Shown: positions 49,046-58,908, counted from the first letter of the stretch. The stretch is 64,000 bases of DNA from an uncultured Gemmatimonadales bacterium (GCA_963728915.1 CAVSLV010000001.1:704001-768000), one strand, 5' to 3'. Notes: generated by a model from the letters alone, not told the origin. Made by a program: numbers and translations.

Positions 49046-51889
49046 ATGCAATCCCGATCACCCTCGTTGACCTCACTCCTCGGCGCCGCGGTCCTCATCG
49101 CCTCCAGCCTGGTGGCTTCCTGTGGAGGGGGCGACGGCACATCGACCGGAGGCTCGATCAGCCTCAGCGTCAGTCCGACCAGCGGAAGTGTCCAGCAGGG
49201 CGGATCGCTCCAGGTCACCGGGACCATCACCCGCTCCGATGGCTTTACCGGCAACGTCTCGTTCGCCGTCACGGGCAGCAGCCTGCCGGCCGGTCTTTCG
49301 GGAAGCGCCAGCAACATCGTGACCAGTGGCGACGTCACAACCGCAACGATCACTCTGGCCACTACGTCCGCGACGCCGGCCGGCACCTATCAGATCACGG
49401 TGACGGGGTCCGGGAGCGGAGTCACTTCATCCAGCGTCACCTTCAGCCTGACCGTGACCGCCGCGCCGGTCGCCTCGTATACCCTGTCGGTCAACCCCGC
49501 GACGGTATCGGTCGTTCAGGGGAACACGGCAACCACCACGGTCTCGATTGCCCGAACCAACTTCACCGGCGCGGTGACCCTCGCGGTGGAAGGTCTGCCG
49601 AGCGGCGTGACCGCGAGCTTCAACCCCGCGAGCCCGGTGACAGCCAATAGCACGGTCCTCACCCTGACCGCGACGGGAACCGCCACCACCGGCGTCAGCA
49701 CGGTGACCATCCGGGGCACTACCCCCGGGCAAGCCCCCGAGAACACGGCCAGCGCGATCGCCGATCAGACGGTCACGCTCCAGCTCACGGTGACAGCGGC
49801 CAGCGGGACCGGCAACTTCACCCTCTCGGCAACTCCGGCCACGCTCAGCTTCGCTCAGGGCGCGGGCGGGACCTCGACCGTCAACGTCAATCGCACCGGT
49901 GGGTTCACCGGTAACGTCGCCCTGGCGGTCACCGGTGCCCCGGCCAACATGACGGCCAGCCTGAACCCGACCTCGACGACCGGCAATACCTCGACCCTGA
50001 CCGTCACGACGACGGCCACCGTGGCCCCGGGCAGCTACACCCTGACCATCACCGGGACCTTCAGCGGGCTGGCGAATCAGACCACGACCATCGCGGTGAC
50101 GGTGACTTCGGCTGGGAGCTATACGCTCTCGGCCACCCCGACCACGCTCAGCCTGGCGCAGGGAGCAGGCGGGACCTCCACCATCAACATCAACAGGACG
50201 GGCGGGTTCACCGGCAGCGTGGCCCTGGCGGTGACCGGGGCGCCGGCCAACATGACCGCGAGCATGAGCCCGACGCCGACGACCGCCAACTCCTCGACGC
50301 TTACCATTACCACGACGGCGGCGGTGGCGGCGGGGAACTACACCCTCACGATCACGGGAACCTTCGCCGGCCTCGCTGATCAGACCACGACGGTAGCGGT
50401 CACGATCACTTCGGCGGGCAACTATACCCTCTCCGCCACCCCCACCACCTTGAGCTTCGCCCAGGGCGCCGGGGGCACCTCCACCATCAACATCAACCGG
50501 ACCGGTGGGTTCGCCGGGAGTGTGGCGCTGGCGGTGACCGGGGCGCCGGCGAATATGACCGCCACGATGAACCCGACATCGACCACCACGAATTCCTCAA
50601 CCTTGACCATCACGACGACGGGGTCGGTCGCCACCGGGAACTACACGCTCACGATCACCGGCACCGCGACCGGGCTGACCAACCAGACCACGACGGTCGG
50701 GGTGACCGTTTCCAGTTCTGGCGGGGGCGGGAACGTCACGGTGGACTTCTCTGCATGCGCCGCGACGGCGAGAGCGATCTGGTTTGCGGGCAACAGCAAT
50801 GGGACCTGGACCGCGGTGACCGGGGTCAACAACGTGTACAGCTTCAGCGTGAGCGGGGGCAAAGGCGGTTACGCCTATGTCACCCAGAACGGCACCAGCT
50901 ACTCCCTGCTTGTGTTCTATCTGACCCAGACCGAGCTGACTTCCGGTACCATCAATATCTGCGGCACCAGCACGCCCCCGGCTGGCAAGACCATCATGGG
51001 CAGCGTCACCGGCCCGAGCGGATTCACGCAGAGCGTGAGCGTTTCCCTGGGCGGCGCCACGGCGACCGCCAGTCAGGCCCAGCCCAACTTCACGCTCCAG
51101 AACGTCGCAGACGGATCGCAGGATCTGGTGGCCTGGATGAACGATTTCCTTGTGGGCCCATCGGCGTCGGATCGCGGGCTGTTCATGCGGGCCATCAATC
51201 CGCCCAACCTGTCGAACGTCGGAGTTCTCAATATGACCGGGGGGAGCTCGTTCGCGGCAGCCACAGCGACGGCCACCCTCACCGGGCTGAGCGGCGGCGA
51301 GACGGTTTTCGGAAGCATGAGTTATTTGACCGGAGCGGCGTGTCAGGCTGGCTTCCTGTATTCCATCTTGACCGGCGGTGCCAGTATGACCATCACCGGG
51401 GTTCCGGCCGGCCAGCAGCAAGCCACCGATTTTCACCAGTTCACAGTGTCTGCCTCGACGACGGCGGGGACCAACACGTCGTCCCGGTTCCTGATCCAGT
51501 CCTTCCACACGCTGGCCAACCGCGCCTTCGACATGGGACCGGGCTACAGCGGAACCGTCACCTCCCTTGGAGGCACCTACAAGCGGCTCCAGGTGGTCAG
51601 CACGGTCCCGGCGGTGTATCAAACCTTCTACGCGGCGTTCATCTACTACAATGCTGATGCGTCTCGCTCGGTAACCATCACCGCGAGCCCGGGGTGGATC
51701 GGAGGCTCGAGCCTCACCCTCGGACTGGACGACTTCTCGGGGCTGGCGGGATGGCTGGATACCTACGCACCGGCAAGCGGTGCAGCGGTGACCTATTCCG
51801 CGTCCGTCGGCGGGTTCTCCGGGGCCTTCACCACATTCTGCTCGGAGGGAGCCATCTTGCGGACCTCGGCATTCACCGGGCAGATGTAA
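49046..51889 (+). CDS. Large Thr/Ser/Gly-rich surface lipoprotein with five Ig-like repeats
   Basis: GGAG RBS; lipobox VASC-GGG; five ~100-aa beta-sandwich repeats then a unique C-terminal region. Confidence 0.85.
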   Translation: MQSRSPSLTSLLGAAVLIASSLVASCGGGDGTSTGGSISLSVSPTSGSVQQGGSLQVTGTITRSDGFTGNVSFAVTGSSLPAGLSGSASNIVTSGDVTTATITLATTSATPAGTYQITVTGSGSGVTSSSVTFSLTVTAAPVASYTLSVNPATVSVVQGNTATTTVSIARTNFTGAVTLAVEGLPSGVTASFNPASPVTANSTVLTLTATGTATTGVSTVTIRGTTPGQAPENTASAIADQTVTLQLTVTAASGTGNFTLSATPATLSFAQGAGGTSTVNVNRTGGFTGNVALAVTGAPANMTASLNPTSTTGNTSTLTVTTTATVAPGSYTLTITGTFSGLANQTTTIAVTVTSAGSYTLSATPTTLSLAQGAGGTSTININRTGGFTGSVALAVTGAPANMTASMSPTPTTANSSTLTITTTAAVAAGNYTLTITGTFAGLADQTTTVAVTITSAGNYTLSATPTTLSFAQGAGGTSTININRTGGFAGSVALAVTGAPANMTATMNPTSTTTNSSTLTITTTGSVATGNYTLTITGTATGLTNQTTTVGVTVSSSGGGGNVTVDFSACAATARAIWFAGNSNGTWTAVTGVNNVYSFSVSGGKGGYAYVTQNGTSYSLLVFYLTQTELTSGTINICGTSTPPAGKTIMGSVTGPSGFTQSVSVSLGGATATASQAQPNFTLQNVADGSQDLVAWMNDFLVGPSASDRGLFMRAINPPNLSNVGVLNMTGGSSFAAATATATLTGLSGGETVFGSMSYLTGAACQAGFLYSILTGGASMTITGVPAGQQQATDFHQFTVSASTTAGTNTSSRFLIQSFHTLANRAFDMGPGYSGTVTSLGGTYKRLQVVSTVPAVYQTFYAAFIYYNADASRSVTITASPGWIGGSSLTLGLDDFSGLAGWLDTYAPASGAAVTYSASVGGFSGAFTTFCSEGAILRTSAFTGQM
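49811..50715 (+). repeat. Three intragenic tandem repeats of 303 bp (101 aa)
   Basis: Units start at 49811, 50114, 50417 (G[NS][FY]TLSATP.TLS.AQGAGGTST.N.NRTGGF.G.VALAVTGAPANMTA). Confidence 0.9.
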
Positions 51890-51910
51890 CCTGCTGATCG
51901 AGGTCTGCGG

Positions 51911-51946
51911 GCGGCCCGGGGCGAAAGCCCCGGGCCGCTCTTTTTT
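51911..51946 (+). terminator. Rho-independent terminator
   Basis: GCGGCCCGGGGC-GAAA-GCCCCGGGCCGC then TCTTTTTT. Confidence 0.9.
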
Positions 51947-51968
51947 CCCGCCATTACCTTTGCTGCCC

Positions 51969-53208
51969 ATGCAACGCCGCAAGCACGCGATCGCCTTCAT
52001 CGCGATCACGGTCCTGATGGATACCATCGGCTTCGGGCTGATCATTCCGGTCCTCCCCTCGCTGCTCACCCACATCACCGGGGATCCCCTGAGCCGGGCC
52101 GCCATCGACGGTGGCTGGCTGGCCTTCATCTACGCCTCGATGCAGTTCCTCGGAGCTCCGATTCTGGGGAATCTGTCCGATCGTTTCGGGCGCCGCCCCG
52201 TCCTGCTCTACGCCATCGGCGCTCTCGGCGTCGACTACATCATCATGGGGCTCGCTCCTACTCTGAGCTGGCTTTTCCTCGGCCGAGCCATCTCCGGCAT
52301 GGCGGGCGCCTCCTTTACGCCGGCCTATGCCTACGTCGCGGATATCAGTTCACCGGAAGAGCGGGCCCAGAATTTCGGGGTGGTGAGCGCGATGTTCGGC
52401 CTGGGCTTCATCATCGGCCCGGCCCTGGGCGGGTTGCTTGGCTCGCTGGGGCCCCGAGCGCCGTTCTTCGCCGCGGCGATCATGAGCCTCCTCAATTTCT
52501 GTTACGGCGTCTTCGTATTGCCTGAATCCCTCCCGGCCGAGCGCCGCCGCCGTTTCGACTGGAAACGGGCCAATCCCCTGGGCGCCTTCCAGCAGATGCG
52601 CAAGCACCCCGAGGTCCTCGGATTGCTCGTCGCGCTCTTTCTCTGGATGGTGGCCAACCAGGTCTACCCGACCACCTGGAGCTTCTACGGAAAGCTGCGA
52701 TTCGGCTGGTCGGAAGCGATGATCGGCGCCTCGCTCGCCCTGGTGGGGGGCATCATGGTGACCAGCCAGGCGGTCCTGCTCCGGGTGCTGGTTCCCCGGC
52801 TGGGCGAGCGACGGACCGCTCTCATCGGGGTCACCACCGCCGCGATCGGCTACGCGGGTTACGCAACGGCCTCCCAGGGCTGGATGATGTTCGCCTGGCT
52901 GCTGACCTGGTTCCTGGGAGCCATCGTGTTCCCCCTCACCAACGCCCTGATGTCCCACCGGGTCGCGCCGGACGCGCAGGGCGAGCTCCAGGGGGCGGTC
53001 GCCGGGACTCTTCTCGCTGGCGTCCATCGCGGGCCCCCCGTTGATGACCCAGCTGTTCGGACACTTCACCTCACCGGACGTGCAGGTGCACGTCCCCGGC
53101 GCCGCCTTCCTGGCGGCCTCCTTGCTCACCTGGAGCTGTCTGGGGATCTACTGGTTTGCCACCCGCCTCCGGCCGGTCGTGGCCCCGACCGGGCTGGAAG
53201 GGGCCTGA
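51969..53208 (+). pseudogene. TCR/Tet-family (DHA1) MFS transporter with 1-nt frameshift at 53004-53006
   Basis: GNLSDRFGRRPVLL, GFIIGPALGG, LPES, QGELQGA. Deleting one G restores AGLFSLASIAGPPLMTQLF...PGAAFLAASLL (TM11-12) ending TGA 53208. Confidence 0.85.
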
Positions 53209-53217
53209 GCGAACTCG

Positions 53218-54924
53218 TCAGTCGAGCTTGGGAGTTCCCAGCATTCTCGCTCGTGCCACGTGCCATCCGTTCCCCTGTCGAACCAGCTCCAGGGCAAAGC
53301 GAACCGGGGTCTTCCTGGTGGCCCCGAACGGCGACCGGGTCGTCAGCGTGGTTCCCACCGTCACGAGCACTCCACTCTCCCGTGGTTCGATCTGCGGCGA
53401 TTCCTGATCCGAGACCGACACCCGGCCATCGCGCACCAGCTCGAGCAACTTGCTGTGCTCCTTTGAATCGGACGAAAGCCCGGAGAGCCGGCTGACGTCC
53501 TTGGATCCGATCCCGGCCAGCCACGCCGACACGGCGCTGACCACTTCGCCTCGTTCGAAAGACGCGCCCGACCTACCCGTGGGGGCGGTTGCCGGCGGCA
53601 CGGGTGCGAGCGGCACCGGAGTCGGAGGAGCCGGCGCCGGGGCTGGCTCACTCGGGCCCATGCCCCTGCGCGGAGAGGGATCGTCTCGAGAGGGACTCAC
53701 CGGCCTCGCTCCAATCAGGCGAGGATCCTGGACTGGTTGGGGCGGGGGCGCTGGAGCGGCTGCGAGCGGAGCCGGTGGTGGCAGGGGTTCTACCGTGGGA
53801 GGCGCGGGCGGAGTCGCCCCGGTTGACTGGCCGGTCCGGTGGCCGGCCCGAACGGCTACGGTCGATACCAGAAGCACCCCGGCCGCCACCGCCCACACTC
53901 GCCAGTCGGCGACCCATTTCTGCCAGCCAGGTCTGCCAGCCGGTTCCGCGAGTCTGGTCTCGGGTGCCATCCTGGGCTCGTCGCCCAGGCGGGTGGCGGG
54001 AACTGACGGAGCGGTCGAGCCAAGCCGCGTCGCCGGGACGGCCCCAGGAATCGGCGCATCGGCAAGGCGGGTCGCTTTCGGAGCCTCCACCGGCTCCGGG
54101 GGGACGTCGCGGAGGACCCCCTGGAGGAAACCGCGCATGGCGGCCGCATTGGGAAAGCGATCCTCCCGGCGCTTTGCCATCGCCGTCGTCACGATCTCGT
54201 CCACCGATCCGGGAATCCCGGCGATCATCAGCCCGGGCCGGGGCGGCGGCTCGTTGAGCTGCTTCATCATCAGGGAGTAGTCGCTGTCGGCGTCGAAGGC
54301 GAGCTTCCCGGTGATCATCTCGTAGAGCACCGCGCCGAGGGCATAGATGTCGGACCGCCCGTCCACCTCTTCGCCGCGAAGCTGTTCCGGCGCCATGTAC
54401 ATGGGGGTCCCGACCGAGCGGCCCAGCTGAGTCTGCCGGCTTCGGCCCATAACCCGCGCGATTCCGAAGTCCATGACCTTGATGTGCCCGCCCCGGGTCA
54501 CCATGATGTTGGCCGGCTTGATGTCCCGGTGGACCACGCCCTGTTCGTGGGCGTGCTCGAGCGCGTCGCAGACCGCGGCGGCATACTCGGCCGCCCGCCG
54601 CCATGGAATCGGGCCGCCTCGCTGGATCATCAGCTCCAGCGTTTCGCCGGTCACGAACTCCATGATCATCAGGAATTGCTCGCCATCGCGCTCCAGCCCG
54701 TGCAACATCGCGATGCGGGGGTGGCCCAGCCGCGCCAGGGCGATGGCCTCGGAGCGGAATCGCTCGACCAGCGCATGCTGGCTCGCGAGGTCCGCTCGCA
54801 ACACCTTGATCGCGACATCCCGGTCGAGCAGCTCGTCATGGGCCCGATAGACGGTTCCCATGCCGCCTTCGCCGAGCCGGCTCAGGATGCGATACTTGCC
54901 GAGGATCGTGCCCTGGAGCGTCAT
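53218..54924 (-). CDS. Ser/Thr kinase - TRL-repeat linker - TM - Pro-rich stalk - NTF2/SnoaL-like C-terminal domain
   Basis: GEGGMGTV, VAIK, HRDIKPAN, DFG, GTPMYMAPE; TM VWAVAAGVLLVSTVAV; ends FALELVRQGNGWHV; ATGA-coupled. Confidence 0.9.
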   Translation of the reverse strand: MTLQGTILGKYRILSRLGEGGMGTVYRAHDELLDRDVAIKVLRADLASQHALVERFRSEAIALARLGHPRIAMLHGLERDGEQFLMIMEFVTGETLELMIQRGGPIPWRRAAEYAAAVCDALEHAHEQGVVHRDIKPANIMVTRGGHIKVMDFGIARVMGRSRQTQLGRSVGTPMYMAPEQLRGEEVDGRSDIYALGAVLYEMITGKLAFDADSDYSLMMKQLNEPPPRPGLMIAGIPGSVDEIVTTAMAKRREDRFPNAAAMRGFLQGVLRDVPPEPVEAPKATRLADAPIPGAVPATRLGSTAPSVPATRLGDEPRMAPETRLAEPAGRPGWQKWVADWRVWAVAAGVLLVSTVAVRAGHRTGQSTGATPPAPPTVEPLPPPAPLAAAPAPPPQPVQDPRLIGARPVSPSRDDPSPRRGMGPSEPAPAPAPPTPVPLAPVPPATAPTGRSGASFERGEVVSAVSAWLAGIGSKDVSRLSGLSSDSKEHSKLLELVRDGRVSVSDQESPQIEPRESGVLVTVGTTLTTRSPFGATRKTPVRFALELVRQGNGWHVARARMLGTPKLD

Positions 54925-57116
54925 GCCGGGACCTGGAGCTCGCGGGTAGTCCGGAGCGAGTCGGAGCCCGTTTCCGGCATGGCCAGGACGATCGCGCTGA
55001 CGTTGTCCGGGGCTCCCCGCTCCCTGGCGAGCGCCACCAGGTGCTCACACGCCAGATGGGGCGGATGGGCCTTCACGATCTGGCGGACATCCTCGTCGCT
55101 CGCCAGATCGTGCAGACCATCCGAGCAGAGCAGGAAGCGATCCCCCGGATTGAGCACAAAAGGACGGGGCCAGATCGTGACCTCCACCTGGGAATGGCTC
55201 CCCAGCGCACGCGAGATCACATTCTTGTCGGGATGCTGCCGGGCCTCGTCCCGGCTCAACGCGCCGTTCCGCACCATCGCCATCACCGCGCTGTGATCTT
55301 CGGTCATGAGGAAGATCTCGTCGCCCCGCACCAGGTAACAGCGCGAATCCCCAACATGAGCGCACCACGCCATCCCACCCCGGATCACCAGGGCGGTGCA
55401 GGTGGTCCCCATCCCTTTCAGAGCCGGATCGGCGCTGGCCGCCGAGAAAACCGCCTTGTTGGCGGCCCGCACCGCGCCGGCCAGGGACTCGCCCGGATCG
55501 TCCGGAGTATCCCCATAGTGGGCGGCGAGCTCGTCGGCGGCGATCCGGCTTGCCACCTCCCCCGCGGCATGCCCGCCCATGCCGTCGAGGACCGCAGCCA
55601 GCAGGCCCTGTCCCCTGGAAGACTCGTTGGCGGGACGCACCACCCGAATCGTGTCCTCGTTGCTGTCGCGGACACATCCCGGGTCGCTCGCCACTCCGAC
55701 GATCATCCGCGACTCGGCGGCCCGGACGGCCGGGTCGGGAAGCGGCCGATCAACCGTGAGGGAAAGAGGGGCCGGCTTGGTCTTCCGGCGACGCCAGGGC
55801 AACCCGAACCAGGCCAGGGCAGGGAGCATGGGAAGGTCCTCCGGTGGAAGGGGCGAGCGCCCCCCGTTGGCGGGCTGGGGATGCATGGTCACCGAGTATT
55901 CGCTGCGGCCCTCCGTGATGTCGAACTTGACCGGTTCGTCCTCGTACCCCTCCCGTCGCAGGACCAGGGAGATGTGCTGGCCAATCGGGCCGCGGATGAG
56001 ATAGGGCGTTTCGGAAATCTTCCGACCGTCCTTCCATACCTCGGCAATCCCGGCGATGGCGTTGATGGTGACCTCGCGAACGGAAACCGGATCCGCCGGC
56101 AGCGGGGCCGGCGGGTGAGTTCCCGCAACAGAAGGCCTTCCCGGCAAACTCGTCACCAGGACGAACAACACCAGCAGGACGGCACTCACCGACAGAATGA
56201 GGGGAACCCGCGGCCTCAGGGTCCGCACCGTTTCCTTCACCTGTTCCAGCGGGTTGGGACCGGGTCTCGACGGCGCTCCGGCGAGCGGAACCGGCTGCAG
56301 CTGCGGCAGGATGTCGGCCAGCAGGGCGTCGCAGGACGGATACCGCTCCCGCGGGCTCATTCTCAGGCAGCGGCCGATGATCCGGTCCATTGCCGGCGTG
56401 AGGTTCTCGTTGGCCCGGGATGGCTGGGTAAACTGGGCGCCGCGAATTCTGGTTGTGATTTCATCGGGGCCACCCTGGGCAAAGGGATGCCGGCCCGTCG
56501 CCAGCTCGTAGAGGAGCACACCGAGAGCCCAGACGTCGGTGAGCCGGCTCGCCGGGGCCCCGGCGAGCTGTTCCGGGGCCAGCGATTGCAGCGTGCCGAT
56601 CACACTTCCCTGGGTGGTGAGCGCCGGTGATCCCGGACCCTTGGCGATTCCGAAATCCAGCAGTTTGACGATGCCGGATTCGGCGATCTTCACGTTGCTC
56701 GGCTTGATGTCGCGATGGATGATGCCGCGCTCGTGCAGATAGCCGACGGCGTCGACGACGGAGGCGGTAATGGAAAGCGCTTCCTCCTGCGGCAGAGCGC
56801 CTCGCCGATGGACCCGCTGCTCCAGGGTCTCCCCATCCACGTACTCCATGACGATGCACGGCGTTCCGTCATGTTCCAGAAACTCCTCGAGATGAGCGAT
56901 GTTCGGATGCTGCAGGAGGGACTGGATCCGCGCTTCGTTGCGAAACCGCTCCGCGAGTGAGGGCAACCGGTCCACCGCGGTCAGGATCTTGACGGCCATG
57001 ATGGACCCGTTGCGAACGTGCACTCCTCGATAGACCTCCCCCATGCCGCCGGCGCCGAGAAACTCGATCAACCGGTAGTTGCCGATGGTGTCGCGAACCC
57101 GGGTGCCGACGGCCAT
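54921..57116 (-). CDS. Ser/Thr kinase - TM - PEGA-like - PP2C phosphatase fusion
   Basis: Kinase GAGGMGEV, HRDIKPSN, DFG, APE; TM LILSVSAVLLVLFVLV; PEGA-like AEVWKDG...TPY...LRREGYE; PP2C RDSNED, DGMGGH, GTT, HVGDSR, LLCSDGL, DNVS. Confidence 0.9.
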   Translation of the reverse strand: MAVGTRVRDTIGNYRLIEFLGAGGMGEVYRGVHVRNGSIMAVKILTAVDRLPSLAERFRNEARIQSLLQHPNIAHLEEFLEHDGTPCIVMEYVDGETLEQRVHRRGALPQEEALSITASVVDAVGYLHERGIIHRDIKPSNVKIAESGIVKLLDFGIAKGPGSPALTTQGSVIGTLQSLAPEQLAGAPASRLTDVWALGVLLYELATGRHPFAQGGPDEITTRIRGAQFTQPSRANENLTPAMDRIIGRCLRMSPRERYPSCDALLADILPQLQPVPLAGAPSRPGPNPLEQVKETVRTLRPRVPLILSVSAVLLVLFVLVTSLPGRPSVAGTHPPAPLPADPVSVREVTINAIAGIAEVWKDGRKISETPYLIRGPIGQHISLVLRREGYEDEPVKFDITEGRSEYSVTMHPQPANGGRSPLPPEDLPMLPALAWFGLPWRRRKTKPAPLSLTVDRPLPDPAVRAAESRMIVGVASDPGCVRDSNEDTIRVVRPANESSRGQGLLAAVLDGMGGHAAGEVASRIAADELAAHYGDTPDDPGESLAGAVRAANKAVFSAASADPALKGMGTTCTALVIRGGMAWCAHVGDSRCYLVRGDEIFLMTEDHSAVMAMVRNGALSRDEARQHPDKNVISRALGSHSQVEVTIWPRPFVLNPGDRFLLCSDGLHDLASDEDVRQIVKAHPPHLACEHLVALARERGAPDNVSAIVLAMPETGSDSLRTTRELQVPA

Positions 57117-57133
57117 GGGGACGGTTCCTTACC

Positions 57134-58855
57134 TCACTTCATGTTGGGCGCGACACCCATGAGCTCGATGCCATAGCGGATCGGCACCGAGAACGAGATC
57201 TGGGCATCGAGGTGCTTGCCGGCAAAAAAGATCCCGATCACCCGGCCGAACGAATCGAACATCGGCCCGCCGCTGTTGCCTCCACCGGTCGAGTTGATGG
57301 TGAGCTGATAGGTGTCCCCATTGGGGGAGATGGCAATCAGGGATTCGCTGACCGGGCCATCGGCGGCCCGAATGATCTTCCCGATATTCCCGACCGACAG
57401 GGTCGGATCAGGCACCACCCGGGTCTGGGCGTCCCGATTGAACCAGTCGCGGGACCGAACCACCGCGATCACCTCGTTGGAGACCGCGGGATACCCCATC
57501 ACGGTCACCTGGTCTCCGACCTTGGTGTCGTTATAGGAGTCGTAGAGCTCGACCTTGGGCACCGAGCCCGGCATGGTCACCTTGATCAGCGCCACGTCGT
57601 GCACGTCGGAGACCCGCTGGAGTGTGGCCTCGATCGGTGTGGTGTTCTTGGGGAATCGTGCCACCAGGTATTCCTGCCGCCCGCGGAAGACGTCCAGCTC
57701 GCGCTTGGGACCGTATTGCTTGGTCTCCGACGGCGTCCAGCGGGGATTTCCACCAGCCCCGGGAGGATCGGTCAGGATCGGCTTGTTCTGCCGGTCGAGG
57801 AGAACATCGCCATCCTCGTTGACGAGAACCCCGCTATCCTCGGGGTCGAAATTGTAGTAGGAGCGCCAGTTCGACGCGACGTGACGGTTGGTGAGAATGA
57901 ATCCGTCATTGGTGACCACGAACCCGCTTCCACCACCCGAGACCGCGATCGGTCTCCCGCCGTCCAGGGTCAGGGAGGGCTCGATGGTGCCATTCTGGAG
58001 TTGGACGTAGGCCGGGATCGTCGCCGGGCCATTGGGGATGATGGGGACCGTGCAGCAGCCGATCTTGACCTTGTTGGGGAGCATCCGGTGATAGACCTGG
58101 GCCCCAGTCGGCGCGTAGATCAGATTCCACGAGAAATCGATCATCACCACCGCCGGACCATACTTGGTCGCGACTTCCGCAGGCGTCATGTTCTTGCCGA
58201 GATTGACCGCCCGTTCGGTCGCGGCGCGGAGCGAATCGGTGGCGCCGCGGGCCACCGTGGCGTCCACATCCGACCGGGTCTTGAGCCAGTAGCCAAGCCC
58301 CACGATCGCGATGACCGCCACGGCGATCACCGCCATCACGTTCCGGCGGCCTTCCTGCTTGGTCTCCCCGATCATCCGCTCGACCGTCGCCTTGCCGACT
58401 CCGGCTTTGGCGGGCGTGGCGGAGCCGGTTGCCGTCGGACTTCCCGGCGGCTGCGCCCGGGTCTCCGCAACGGCCGGCTCCCCGCCGACGGCGAGCCGGG
58501 TCGCCTTCACGTAGGCGGCCGGGAGCGGGTCGAGATCAAACTGGATCTCGGGACCGCCGGCGCCCAGACCGATGACGTCTCCAGGCACGAGGGGCATCGT
58601 CCCGACCACCCGGAGCTTGTTGAGGAAGGTGCCGTTTCGGCTGTTCAGGTCGGTGAGGGTGAAGCGGGCCGGATCCTTGGGATCCCGGACGACCCGGGCG
58701 TGCTGCCGGCCGACCAAGTCATCCTTGTCCGGGTCGAACCGCACTTGGGCCATGGGGTCCCGGCCCAGGGTGAGCTCGGTGACTTGGGCGAGGGGAAACT
58801 CCTCGACCGTTCCGCTCTTCGAGCCCTTGAGGTGTCGCAGGAGAACGCGGTCCAT
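57134..58855 (-). CDS. FHA domain - TM - trypsin-like serine protease
   Basis: GGAGG RBS; FHA LGR...VGRQHA...DLNSRNGTFLN..GD.I.LG; TM; triad TNRHV, HDVALIK, GGNSGGP. Confidence 0.9.
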   Translation of the reverse strand: MDRVLLRHLKGSKSGTVEEFPLAQVTELTLGRDPMAQVRFDPDKDDLVGRQHARVVRDPKDPARFTLTDLNSRNGTFLNKLRVVGTMPLVPGDVIGLGAGGPEIQFDLDPLPAAYVKATRLAVGGEPAVAETRAQPPGSPTATGSATPAKAGVGKATVERMIGETKQEGRRNVMAVIAVAVIAIVGLGYWLKTRSDVDATVARGATDSLRAATERAVNLGKNMTPAEVATKYGPAVVMIDFSWNLIYAPTGAQVYHRMLPNKVKIGCCTVPIIPNGPATIPAYVQLQNGTIEPSLTLDGGRPIAVSGGGSGFVVTNDGFILTNRHVASNWRSYYNFDPEDSGVLVNEDGDVLLDRQNKPILTDPPGAGGNPRWTPSETKQYGPKRELDVFRGRQEYLVARFPKNTTPIEATLQRVSDVHDVALIKVTMPGSVPKVELYDSYNDTKVGDQVTVMGYPAVSNEVIAVVRSRDWFNRDAQTRVVPDPTLSVGNIGKIIRAADGPVSESLIAISPNGDTYQLTINSTGGGNSGGPMFDSFGRVIGIFFAGKHLDAQISFSVPIRYGIELMGVAPNMK

Positions 58856-58908
58856 ACAGATCCTCCGAGTGTGGGAGCCCTTCCGGCGATGGCCGGGGTT
58901 TCCTCCAC

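Noticed and set aside
49811..50715. CRISPR-like or mobile repeat array
   Set aside because: Repeats are 303-bp in-frame protein domains with no spacers; no cas, integrase or transposase genes in the window.
51969..53208. Acquired tetracycline resistance gene
   Set aside because: No tetR, no mobile element, host-like GC; family membership alone does not show resistance.
53218..58855. Type VI secretion PpkA/PppA/Fha module
   Set aside because: No tss structural genes in the window, and the FHA is fused to a TM and protease, unlike T6SS Fha; a T6SS elsewhere in the genome is not excluded.
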